Source: Mesorhizobium sp. (GTDB taxonomy: Bacteria > Pseudomonadota > Alphaproteobacteria > Rhizobiales > Rhizobiaceae). From it: DNA of 64,000 nt. The notes beneath the pieces are model-generated. The model ran no database searches. It worked only from the letters and a program-made list of their open reading frames with translations, and was not told the DNA's origin. This document shows, one piece after another, positions 43,401-52,215 of this stretch. The number at the start of each line of letters is the position of its first letter. The stretch's first letter is position 1. Location: assembly GCA_004020315.1 (NCBI GenBank), contig SAQG01000025.1, forward strand, positions 13,919 to 77,918, in the 5' to 3' direction. A program made the translations under genes and the position numbers.

Positions 43401-43464
43401 CGCAGGACCTCGACCTTCTGATGCTACGCAGCCTGATCGCTATCGCCAATCCTTTCCGCGACAG

Positions 43465-44007
43465 CTACTTAACCGGGATCATCAGATGTGCGTAGGGAGT
43501 GCCCGCCCACATCACATATGGCCTGGACGTGTCAGGCTTGGGGTCCGCCGGATAGCCGTGCATCATATCCATCGCATTGACGATCATCACGTGCGGTCCG
43601 GTCTCCACCCAATTGTTGCCGGGCTCGGGCTTCGTCGCATAAGGATCGGTGTTGCTGCCGTCGGTGCCGCCGGCCAGCATATACATGAAGCCGACCTTGC
43701 CCTTGGGCGGTTCCTTTTTTCCCATCCACGCCACCGCCCATTCCATCGAGTTGGCATCGCCACACATTGGATCCGGGCCAGGCGTGGCCGGATTGTCGGG
43801 CATGCACCAGAAGCCGTTTGTGCCCTCGCGCAATGTGCGCATTCCACCTTTCTCATCCATAGCGTGGATCGTTGCGCCGCTTGCTACGGCGGGCGGTGCG
43901 GCGGATTCAGCGCTCTTGATCAGCGCAGCATCATCGGCGGCTGCGCCTTGCATCGCAAACAAACTGCCCGCCGCCAAAAGGGCAGCGACCGTCAGAAGCC
44001 GTTTCAT
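43465..44007 (-). CDS. Secreted hypothetical protein (Met/Pro/Gly-rich, two Cys)
   Basis: Signal peptide MKRLL...AAA-DD; GGAG RBS; WCMPD, PMC, YMLAGG, GPHVMI and YAHLMIP segments. Confidence 0.75.
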   Translation of the reverse strand: MKRLLTVAALLAAGSLFAMQGAAADDAALIKSAESAAPPAVASGATIHAMDEKGGMRTLREGTNGFWCMPDNPATPGPDPMCGDANSMEWAVAWMGKKEPPKGKVGFMYMLAGGTDGSNTDPYATKPEPGNNWVETGPHVMIVNAMDMMHGYPADPKPDTSRPYVMWAGTPYAHLMIPVK

Positions 44008-44386
44008 GGCCGTTCTCCGGTTTTTGAGTTGATCTTGTGCATGATGTCGGACGCACGGCCTCCCAGAGCCGTTTGTCAGTGGTAAAATCGTACCAGATCG
44101 CATGCATCGGGACAATGACGTTTTAGCGATGCCTAATATCTCGGGTGATTGATGCTAGAAGTCTGCTCCATCAATCCCGCGCATTCTCTGCGTTGAATAT
44201 CCGGCATGCCAGATGCCCCGGGACGGGCTGCAACGCGCCTTCGGCCCGAGCACGGATAGGCGCACAATTTCTGGAAACATCCGGAGTGAGGTCAGGCGTC
44301 AGCGGCGCCTCTCAAACATGCAGCATCGGACGATCTTCTATTTCGCGCCGCGTATCTTGAGACTGCGCCTTTGCAACGCGGGCTTG

Positions 44387-46561
44387 CTATCCAGCCCGTT
44401 CCTTCGCCTTCAGCTCCAGCCGGCGCGCGTGCAGGACCGGCTCGGTGTAGCCGTTGGGCTGGACGCGGCCCTTGAAGACCAAGTCGCAAGCAGCGAGGAA
44501 GGCGATCGACTTGTCGAAGTCGGGCGCCATCGGCCGGTAGAGCGGATCGCCGGCGTTCTGGCGGTCGACGACGCCAGCCATGCGCTTCATCGTCTCCATC
44601 ACCTGGTCGCTCGTGCAGACGCCATGATGCAGCCAGTTGGCGATATGCTGCGAGGAGATACGCAGCGTAGCGCGGTCCTCCATCAGGCCAACGTCGTTGA
44701 TGTCAGGCACTTTCGAACAGCCGACGCCCTGGTCGATCCAGCGCACGACATAGCCGAGAATGCCTTGCGCATTGTTGTCGAGCTCCTTCTGGATTTCCTC
44801 TTGAGACCAGTTCGGCCGCACCGCTACCGGCACCGACAAGATGTCGTCGAGCTTGGCCTTCGGCCGGCTCTTCAGCGCCACTTGGACGGCATGGACATCG
44901 ATCTTGTGATAATGGGTGGCGTGCAGCGTCGCCGCTGTCGGCGACGGCACCCAGGCGGTGTTGGCGCCGGCCTTGGGATGGGAGATCTTCTCCGCAAGCA
45001 TCGCCGCCATCAGATCGGGCATCGCCCACATGCCCTTGCCGATCTGGGCGCGGCCGGCGAGCCCGCATTCCAGCCCGGTGTCGACGTTCCAGGCTTCGTA
45101 GGCGGCAATCCAAACGGCCTGCTTCATGTCGCCCTTGCGGATCATCGGGCCGGCTTCCATTGAGGTGTGGATCTCGTCGCCGGTGCGGTCGAGGAAGCCG
45201 GTGTTGATGAAGACGACGCGGTCCTTGGCGGCGCGGATCGCCTCCTTGAGGTTGACGGTGGTGCGCCGCTCCTCGTCCATGATGCCCATCTTGATGGTGT
45301 TTTTCGCCATGCCGAGCAGCGCCTCGACGCGGTCGAAGATCTCGACAGCGAAAGCGACTTCCTCCGGCCCGTGCATCTTGGGCTTTACGACGTACATCGA
45401 GCCGGCGCGGGAGTTTTGCCGGCGGCCGTTCGGGCCGACATCGTGCAGCGCGATCAGCGCCGTCATCGCCGCGTCCATGATGCCTTCCGGCACCTCGTTG
45501 CCGTCGCGGTCAGATATCGCCGGATTGGTCATGAGGTGGCCGACGTTCCTGACCAGCATCAGCGAGCGGCCGGGCAGGGTGAGCGCGCCGCCATCAGGCG
45601 CGGTATACGACCGGTCTGGATTGAGTTTTCGCGTAAAGGTCTTGCCGCCCTTGGTGATCTCCTCGGCAAGGTCGCCCTTCATCAGGCCGAGCCAGTTGCG
45701 GTAGACTACGACCTTGTCCTGCGCATCCACCGCGGCGACCGAATCCTCGCAGTCCTGGATGGTGGTCAGCGCCGATTCCAGGATGACATCAGCGATGCCG
45801 GCCGGATCGGTCTTGCCGATCTGGTTGCTACGGTCGATGACGATCTCGATATGCAGGCCATTCCTGGTGAGCAGGACGGCTTCGGGAGTCTCGGCGTCGC
45901 CGCGATAGCCGGCAAACTGATTGGGGTCGGCGAGCGTGGTGGCGCCGGCGCCCTCGCCCAGCCGCAACATGCCGTTGGCGACCGAAAGCCCGTTCACCCC
46001 TGCCCATTTGCCCGTCGTGAGCGGCACCGATTCATCGAGAAAACCCTTCGCCCAGGCAATGACCTTGGCGCCGCGCACGGGATTGAACCTCCCGCCCTTC
46101 TCGGCGCCGTCCGTCTCGGGAATGGCGTCGGTGCCGTAGAGCGCGTCGTAGAGCGAGCCCCAGCGCGCATTGGCGGCATTCAGCGCATAGCGCGCGTTCA
46201 TCACCGGCACCACCAGCTGCGGCCCGGCGACCACCGAAATCTCCGGGTCGACATTTTCGGTCGTCACCGAAAAGGCCGGCCCCTCCGGCACGAGATAGCC
46301 GATCTCCCTCAGGAACCCTTTGTAGACTTCGATGTCGCTGGGCGCACCATTGTCGCGGTACCAGCGGTCGATCTTGTCCTGCAGGGCGTCGCGCTTTGCG
46401 AGCAGCGCCCGGTTCTTCGGCGAAAGGTCGTGCACGATGGCCGAAAAGCCGGTCCAAAAGGCGTTGGCGGCAATGCCGGTGCCCCGCAGCGCCTCGTTCA
46501 CGACGAAATCATAAAGCTCGCGGGCAATCCGCAATCCGGCGATTTCGACGCGATCGGTCAT
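44387..46561 (-). CDS. glcB: Malate synthase G
   Basis: [40 protein letters not shown] and [12 protein letters not shown] motifs. Confidence 0.96.
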   Translation of the reverse strand: MTDRVEIAGLRIARELYDFVVNEALRGTGIAANAFWTGFSAIVHDLSPKNRALLAKRDALQDKIDRWYRDNGAPSDIEVYKGFLREIGYLVPEGPAFSVTTENVDPEISVVAGPQLVVPVMNARYALNAANARWGSLYDALYGTDAIPETDGAEKGGRFNPVRGAKVIAWAKGFLDESVPLTTGKWAGVNGLSVANGMLRLGEGAGATTLADPNQFAGYRGDAETPEAVLLTRNGLHIEIVIDRSNQIGKTDPAGIADVILESALTTIQDCEDSVAAVDAQDKVVVYRNWLGLMKGDLAEEITKGGKTFTRKLNPDRSYTAPDGGALTLPGRSLMLVRNVGHLMTNPAISDRDGNEVPEGIMDAAMTALIALHDVGPNGRRQNSRAGSMYVVKPKMHGPEEVAFAVEIFDRVEALLGMAKNTIKMGIMDEERRTTVNLKEAIRAAKDRVVFINTGFLDRTGDEIHTSMEAGPMIRKGDMKQAVWIAAYEAWNVDTGLECGLAGRAQIGKGMWAMPDLMAAMLAEKISHPKAGANTAWVPSPTAATLHATHYHKIDVHAVQVALKSRPKAKLDDILSVPVAVRPNWSQEEIQKELDNNAQGILGYVVRWIDQGVGCSKVPDINDVGLMEDRATLRISSQHIANWLHHGVCTSDQVMETMKRMAGVVDRQNAGDPLYRPMAPDFDKSIAFLAACDLVFKGRVQPNGYTEPVLHARRLELKAKERAG

Positions 46562-46659
46562 CGGGGCTTCTCCAAGATGAAGGCTTTGGCCGGGCCTTTG
46601 GCATGTCAGGGTAGCACGGTCAATTCAGCTTAGGGTAAAGGGGAGGTATTTTGCAGCAG

Positions 46660-46810
46660 ATCTCCCCACTTGAGGGGGAGATGGCCGGCAGGCCAGAGGG
46701 GGTCGCCTCGCGTGGACCGCGACCCCTTTTTGCACCCAATCACGTCGTGCCTCATGCGCGGCGACCGCCTCTGTCGCCTTCGGCGACATCTCCCCCTCGA
46801 GGGGGGAGAT
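46660..46810. repeat. Intergenic palindromic REP/MITE-like element (151 bp)
   Basis: ATCTCCCCACTTGAGGGGGAGATGGCCGGCAGGCCAGAGGGGGTCGC ... GCGACCGCCTCTGTCGCCTTCGGCGACATCTCCCCCTCGAGGGGGGAGAT. Confidence 0.88.
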
Positions 46811-46817
46811 TACGCGC

Positions 46818-48839
46818 TCACACCGCAATCCTTGGCCTGCCCGACGCCACCGCCACCACATGCGCCTCGATGAACATGCGCTGGCCCTCGACGGTCGAGA
46901 CGCGGAATTCGCTGGCGACCTCGATCTCGGCGGCGTCAGTGCCGGCGTCCTTGGCCCGCCCGGCGGCAATGGCGCGGACATCGGTTTCCGCCGCCGCGAT
47001 CGCCGCCGCCTCGTCTTTGAAATCGCGCACGCTTTCGCCTGAGGCGACGCGAAACAGCCCTTCCTTGGGCTGACTGACGCGCGCCTCCGCCGAAACCCTG
47101 ACCTGGCCGACGACGGCGCCGAGCGCATTGGCGACGTCGGTATCCTCGGGCACGACGCAGTCATTGCCGACCAGCTCGGCGAGGCCAGCATAATGCAGCG
47201 GCGCCGAGGCGCCGAGGCCGATGACCGGCCGGTCGAGCGCGACGCTGAGGCGGGCGATGCCGGGATGCGCGTCGACGGCGCGCTGGACCAGCGCGTGCGC
47301 GACGGTCGCCGCGCCGTCGAGCCCGTCCTCGGCAAAGGCGGTCTCGAGGATGACTTCCGCCGACAGGCGGGTCAGCGCGGTCAGCACCCGTTCCGAGATC
47401 GCCTCCGGCGAGGCGGCGATCGCTTGCCCGCGGCCGTCGCGCTTGCGGGCGAACAGCTCCGCACCCAGACGGGCCGAATCGGCATCCCAATTCGCCTGCT
47501 TGCCCAGCACATGGGCGGCATCCGACGGCGTGAAGCCGGCGACATGCACCAGCCCGCGCGATACCAGCCGGTTCAAAGTGGCGTTCTGGGCGTTCGAGGT
47601 CAAAAGCCTGTCGACGGCGAGAGGCGTCGGGCCGATCATCTCGTAAAGCTTGGCCTCGGCGCCGGTCAGGCCGGCCGCCAGCCGCTCCGGCACGCCGGTC
47701 CTGACCGCCAGGCGGCCATCCATGCGGCCGGGGTTAGGCGCCCGCAGCTGGCGTCCCAGTTCGACAGTCACGGCCTCGCCATGCATCATGCCGGCCAGCG
47801 CCAGCGGCACCAGGCGGCGCGGCCCGAGCAGGATCTTTGGGTTGAGCGCGCCGTCCTCCAGCGCCACTTCGGAATCGCCACCGAGCCCAAAAGTGCGCAT
47901 CGCCACCGCCTCGACCATGGTGCGGAAACCGCCGACGGTGGCGCCTTCCGGATCGAGCCGGGGACGGCCCTTGTCGAGCACGGCGACGTCGGTGGTGGTG
48001 CCGCCGATGTCGGAGACGACGGCGTTGTCGAGGCCGGTCATGTGGCGGGCGCCGACCAGGCTGGCGGCCGGGCCGGACAGGATCGTCTCGATCGGCCGCT
48101 GGCGGGCGAAGGCGGCCGAGACCAGGGCGCCGTCACCGCGCACCACCATCAGCGGGGCGGCGATGCCGCGCGCGGCAAGAAAGCCCTCGGTCGCCGCCAC
48201 CAGCCGGTCGATCATCGAGATCAGCCTGGCGTTGAGCAGCGTCGTCAGCGCCCGGCGCGGGCCACCGAGCTTGGCCGAAAGCTCGTGGCTGGCGGTGACC
48301 GGCAGGCCGGTCTTTTCGCGGATCAGGTCGCGGGCGGCGAGTTCATGCGCCGGGTTGCGGGTGGCAAAATAGGCGCAGACGGCAAAGCCCGACACCGAAG
48401 CGCCGAGTTCCGGCAGCGCCGCCTCCAGCCCGGACAGGTCGAGCTTGGCCGCATTGCCGTGGACGTCGTGACCGCCGGGGCAGAACACCACAGGATCGGT
48501 GCCGAGTGCGGCCTTCAGCCCGTCGCGGGCGAGGTCGCCCTCGGAAAAGCCGATCATCACCAGCGCGACGCGGCCGCCCTGGCCCTCGACCAACGCATTG
48601 GTGGCGAGCGTCGTCGACATCGACACCAGTTTTATCGCTGCCGGGTCGGTGCCGGCTTTCTGCAGCACCGCATCGACCGCGCCTGATATGCCGACGGCGA
48701 GGTCGTGGCGGGTGGTGAGCGCCTTGGCCTTGGCCAGCACTTTTCCGCCAGGGCCGCCGGCTTCCGACCACAGCACGGCGTCGGTATAGGTGCCGCCGGT
48801 GTCGATGCCGAGGAACAGGGGTTTGGTCTTGGCGGTCAT
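46818..48839 (-). CDS. Hydantoinase/oxoprolinase family protein
   Basis: GIDTGGTYTD, STTLATNA, SGPAAS, DIGGTTTD and GLGGDS motifs. Confidence 0.88.
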   Translation of the reverse strand: MTAKTKPLFLGIDTGGTYTDAVLWSEAGGPGGKVLAKAKALTTRHDLAVGISGAVDAVLQKAGTDPAAIKLVSMSTTLATNALVEGQGGRVALVMIGFSEGDLARDGLKAALGTDPVVFCPGGHDVHGNAAKLDLSGLEAALPELGASVSGFAVCAYFATRNPAHELAARDLIREKTGLPVTASHELSAKLGGPRRALTTLLNARLISMIDRLVAATEGFLAARGIAAPLMVVRGDGALVSAAFARQRPIETILSGPAASLVGARHMTGLDNAVVSDIGGTTTDVAVLDKGRPRLDPEGATVGGFRTMVEAVAMRTFGLGGDSEVALEDGALNPKILLGPRRLVPLALAGMMHGEAVTVELGRQLRAPNPGRMDGRLAVRTGVPERLAAGLTGAEAKLYEMIGPTPLAVDRLLTSNAQNATLNRLVSRGLVHVAGFTPSDAAHVLGKQANWDADSARLGAELFARKRDGRGQAIAASPEAISERVLTALTRLSAEVILETAFAEDGLDGAATVAHALVQRAVDAHPGIARLSVALDRPVIGLGASAPLHYAGLAELVGNDCVVPEDTDVANALGAVVGQVRVSAEARVSQPKEGLFRVASGESVRDFKDEAAAIAAAETDVRAIAAGRAKDAGTDAAEIEVASEFRVSTVEGQRMFIEAHVVAVASGRPRIAV

Positions 48840-48926
48840 TGGCGGGTCCGGAGTTTTGCTTCCCCGCCCCTTAACCGATACCGGCCGGCGGATAAAGCCG
48901 CGAGCGCTGGGCCACGATGAAGTTCG

Positions 48927-49475
48927 ATCTCCCCCCTTGTGGGGGAGATGTCCGGCAGGACAGAGGGGGGCGCTGTCCCGCCACCCTTGCCGTGGTTACA
49001 TCCCGCTCCGGCCGTTCATTCAGACGCGCGCCCCAGGCCAGCCGCAATCACAATATGCTGGCAGACATTGTCGATGTCGCGGATTATGTCGTCGTTCCAG
49101 AAACGCAGGACGATCCAGCCGTCCTGTTCCAGACGCACTGTCCTTGCTTGGTCGCTGGCGACAGCATCGGTTTCCGTATGATGGCAGCCGTCGGCTTCGA
49201 CAACAAGTTTCTTCTCCGGGCAAGCGAAGTCGACAATGTAACCGGCGATCGGAAATTGTCGCCGGAAGCCAAGCCCCATCAGCCGGTGCGCGCGAAGCTC
49301 GTTCCAGAGCTTCAATTCAGCTGATGTCATGACCTTGCGCATCGATCTGGCGTTTGCGCGATGTTTTGGAGGCAATGGCGTATGAGGCATTGTCAGTGCT
49401 CGATGGCTATTGAAGTTGGCGCTCTACGGCGCCCCCCTCTGTCCTGCCGGACATCTCCCCCACAAGGGGGGAGAT
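48927..49475. mobile_element. 549-bp element with perfect 47-bp terminal inverted repeats enclosing a DUF559 endonuclease gene
   Basis: 48927-48973 ATCTCCCCCCTTGTGGGGGAGATGTCCGGCAGGACAGAGGGGGGCGC is the exact reverse complement of 49429-49475; mobility is inferred. Confidence 0.7.
49016..49390 (-). CDS. DUF559 / Vsr-like endonuclease
   Basis: ARSMRKVMTSAELKLW, FRRQFPIAGYIVDFAC, VEADGCHH and GWIVLRFWN motifs. Confidence 0.88.
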   Translation of the reverse strand: MPHTPLPPKHRANARSMRKVMTSAELKLWNELRAHRLMGLGFRRQFPIAGYIVDFACPEKKLVVEADGCHHTETDAVASDQARTVRLEQDGWIVLRFWNDDIIRDIDNVCQHIVIAAGLGRASE

Positions 49476-49497
49476 TGGCGCTTGGCCGCTGCGCCAG

Positions 49498-50124
49498 CTA
49501 CCCCACAAACCCCACGCTCTTGTGGCTGCCGTCGCAAAACGGCTTGTTCGCCGAATGGCCGCAGCGGCAGAGGAAGGTGCGTTGCGTGCGGTCGACCGTG
49601 TGGCCGGTGCCGGTGACGATTTCGAGATTGCCCTCGAGCTTGAGCGGGCCGTTCTTGGTCGGCGTCACGGTGAGCGGGCCATTCCTCGCGTCCAGCGCCG
49701 GCGTGTCCTTCAGCGCCGGCTCGCCGGTGGCGGTAAAGCCTGATTTGGTGTGGCTGCCATCGCAGAACGGCTTGTTTTCCGAAGCGCCGCAGCGGCACAG
49801 CGTGGCGCGAAAAGACGTCTCGCCATCCAGCACGATCTCGGCATGCAACGCCAGCGGACCGTTTTCCCGGATGCGCACGGTGTTGACCACCGGCGGCTGT
49901 TCCTGCGGCCCGCCATCCTTTCTGATGTAGGTGATGGCGCCCGATGGGCAGCTTTCGGCGATCGCCACGATCTTCTCAACGCTGGCCGCCTCGGGATGGA
50001 TCCACTGACCCTTCGCGTTGGGCACGAAGACACGCGGATCGCCAAGCACGCAATTGCGCGAATGGATGCAGCGTTTTCCTGAAAAGCCGACATCGATCTT
50101 TTCGCCTTCGACCATGCCTGCCAT
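49498..50124 (-). CDS. CDGSH iron-sulfur domain protein with N-terminal divergent 4Fe-4S domain
   Basis: CIHSRNC...CPSGAI plus two LCRCG-S-NKPFCDGSH motifs. Confidence 0.92.
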   Translation of the reverse strand: MAGMVEGEKIDVGFSGKRCIHSRNCVLGDPRVFVPNAKGQWIHPEAASVEKIVAIAESCPSGAITYIRKDGGPQEQPPVVNTVRIRENGPLALHAEIVLDGETSFRATLCRCGASENKPFCDGSHTKSGFTATGEPALKDTPALDARNGPLTVTPTKNGPLKLEGNLEIVTGTGHTVDRTQRTFLCRCGHSANKPFCDGSHKSVGFVG

Positions 50125-50247
50125 GGGTGGGGTCTCCTAGGTTGCAGATAGGCTAGGGCTGCTGCGCGAAGGGCGTCAAGTAGCGCCTTTCTTTCCCTTG
50201 TGGGCAGGACCATGTCAGGGATTATCGAAGGCCCCCAAGGACGGACG

Positions 50248-50386
50248 ATTTCCCCTTGAGGGGGAGATGTCGCCGAAGGCGATAGAGGGGTCGGTACGTC
50301 CTGACACGACCCCATCGCGGACAGAGGATGCCGGTGCTCCACGCGAGGCTTCTGGCCTGCCGGCCTTCTCCCCCTCAAGGGGAGAT
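50248..50386. repeat. Degenerate REP/MITE-like element, inverted relative to the 46660 copy
   Basis: TCCCCTTGAGGGGGAGATGTCGCCGAAGGCGATAGAGGGGTCGG ... CTGGCCTGCCGGCCTTCTCCCCCTCAAGGGGAGAT. Confidence 0.8.
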
Positions 50387-50450
50387 GGCCGCGTCAACCC
50401 ACCCGACAACATAAAAAAGTATTGGCCGCATGCATGTCGATCACTGCACG

Positions 50451-50479
50451 TTGACGCGCAAGGACAGGCGTTACAAACT
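50451..50479 (+). promoter_or_regulatory. Putative sigma70 promoter of the RT gene
   Basis: TTGACG-N17-CAAACT, about 40 nt upstream of GTG 50519 (RBS-like AGGCGG). Confidence 0.4.
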
Positions 50480-50518
50480 AGCCCAGTTTTAAGAAGAACT
50501 AACCAAAGGCGGCTGGTC

Positions 50519-52144
50519 GTGATTGAGTTCACCGGGGACGACCCAAACGTTTTTGCCGAAAGGATGCTCGAAAATGGTTACATCCCCGAGAATGTTCCAC
50601 CCCCCTTCAGAATAGAAAATCTACACGAAGCCTATCTGACGTACGCAGCTAGCGGCGAGTACATAACGGGAAAGGTACCGACGGAGAGTACTCGCTACAA
50701 CGCTTCTAAACGAAATCGCCAGCGGCGTATTTTTTCGATGCCGAATCCCGTTTTCATGATCGACTGTGTTAAGTATTTTATCGATCGAGCAGACCAAATT
50801 GACGAGCATTTCTCTTTGTCGAGTGACTCCTGTTCGAAACCAGTTTTTATCCCGTCTGGCTCTCGAGCACTCCAGATCGATAGCTTCAACGACTTTTATC
50901 TGAAAAGACGCCGCACATTTTCTACGTCCAGATACATCGTAAAATGCGACATATCGCGTTTCTATCACTCAATATACACCCACTGCATCCCTTGGGCTCT
51001 TCACGGGAAAGGTAAGGCCAAGGCCGATCGCAAAGTCGACTCCGATTCTATCTTTGGCAATCGACTGGATTTTACAATTCGACAAAGCCAAGACGGGCAG
51101 ACAGTTGGAATTCCAGTCGGGCCGGATTTTTCTCGTCTCATTTCGGAAATTGTGGCAACCAGAATTGACGCTAGTTTCCGGTCGACAGCGGGAGCAGATG
51201 TCCCTGTTTTGCGATTGGTAGACGACATTTATCTGGGAGCCGACAACCTTGATGAGGCCTACGGGCTTCTTGGAGTAATGCGGGATTCAATCCGAGAGCT
51301 AGAACTTGATATAAACGAGGCCAAAACCGTAGTCATCGATGCAAGCAGGGACTTTGAATCGCCTTGGCCAGTACATATTAGACAGTCAATTGACAGATTT
51401 AAGGAGTACAAGCAGTCCCTCGTTCCAGAGTTTATTCATGTTCTAGACGAGATAATATCTATATCGATCGATAAAAATGACGATGGGATTATTAAATACG
51501 CTCTTCGCAAGCTGGATAACGAGCTGGTATGGGTAGACTATTGGGAAGCAATTGAGCCATTTCTGATTAGGTGCTGCATATCGTTCCCGCACAGCTGGGA
51601 CTACGTGGCTCAGATAGTTTCCTTGAGAAATGCTATCTCTGGAATTGATAAATCTACTTGGTCGCGCGCGATCAACAAATCATTAGCACAGAACGTCCGT
51701 ACGGGTCACGACTTCGAGGTAACCTGGAGCCTCTGGCTCGCACGGCAATTGAAGATCGAAATTGACGACAAGATATTTGAGCAGATCTTTGAGAAGTGCG
51801 GGTCCTTTTCAATGCTGGTTGCGCTTGACGTACACAAAAATAGCGGGATGGCATGCAAGGTGCCCAAGCAGACCATCCTGTCAAGGTTAGGAGATAAACC
51901 TTGCCTCGGCCCCTTTTGGTTACTTGCGTTCGAAGCCGACCGGCAGTTCGATCTCAAGATCAAGACTAAGAACCTTCAGGGGCACGACTTTTTTAAGTCT
52001 CTTTATGATGACGATGTGTCATTCTATGATTCAGATTTTGAGTTCTTTGACACCGACGATCTTCTTACGACAGGAAAAACAGCTATTAAGAAAACAACGT
52101 CGTATGACGACTCGGAGATCGACGAAATTGAGGATGATTTTTGA
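50519..52144 (+). CDS. Reverse transcriptase, Abi/UG class-1-like (AbiK/Abi-P2/DRT-related), with C-terminal helical domain
   Basis: GYIPENVPPPF, MPNP, CDISRFYHSIYTHCIPWA, GIPVGPDFSRLISEIV, RLVDD and LDINEAKT motifs; about 541 aa from GTG 50519; AT-richer than flanks. Confidence 0.85.
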   Translation: MIEFTGDDPNVFAERMLENGYIPENVPPPFRIENLHEAYLTYAASGEYITGKVPTESTRYNASKRNRQRRIFSMPNPVFMIDCVKYFIDRADQIDEHFSLSSDSCSKPVFIPSGSRALQIDSFNDFYLKRRRTFSTSRYIVKCDISRFYHSIYTHCIPWALHGKGKAKADRKVDSDSIFGNRLDFTIRQSQDGQTVGIPVGPDFSRLISEIVATRIDASFRSTAGADVPVLRLVDDIYLGADNLDEAYGLLGVMRDSIRELELDINEAKTVVIDASRDFESPWPVHIRQSIDRFKEYKQSLVPEFIHVLDEIISISIDKNDDGIIKYALRKLDNELVWVDYWEAIEPFLIRCCISFPHSWDYVAQIVSLRNAISGIDKSTWSRAINKSLAQNVRTGHDFEVTWSLWLARQLKIEIDDKIFEQIFEKCGSFSMLVALDVHKNSGMACKVPKQTILSRLGDKPCLGPFWLLAFEADRQFDLKIKTKNLQGHDFFKSLYDDDVSFYDSDFEFFDTDDLLTTGKTAIKKTTSYDDSEIDEIEDDF

Positions 52145-52153
52145 TCGAAGCTT

Positions 52154-52178
52154 GCCATCGATCCACCGGATCGATGGC
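52154..52178. terminator. Perfect hairpin between convergent RT and lepA
   Basis: GCCATCGATCC-ACC-GGATCGATGGC (11-bp stem); no clear U-tract. Confidence 0.45.
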
Positions 52179-52215
52179 TCGGCACCGCGCTGCGCGCGGA
52201 CGCCCGACCGGCGCC

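Noticed and set aside
44010..44385. Possible small gene or ncRNA between the secreted-protein gene and glcB
   Set aside because: No convincing ORF, RBS or recognisable RNA structure.
48917..49332. Plus-strand ORFs over the DUF559 element
   Set aside because: Antisense shadows of the DUF559 gene and the repeat arms.
50198..50518. 107-aa N-terminal extension of the RT ORF in the ORF track
   Set aside because: It reads through the palindromic repeat (PLEGEMSPKA peptide, also produced by other repeat copies). A promoter-like motif and RBS point to GTG 50519 instead.
50519..52144. RT as group II intron, retron, DGR or CRISPR-associated RT
   Set aside because: No YADD/maturase domain or intron domain V, no retron NAxxH/VTG motifs or effector gene, no TR/VR repeat pair or avd, and no cas genes or array seen.
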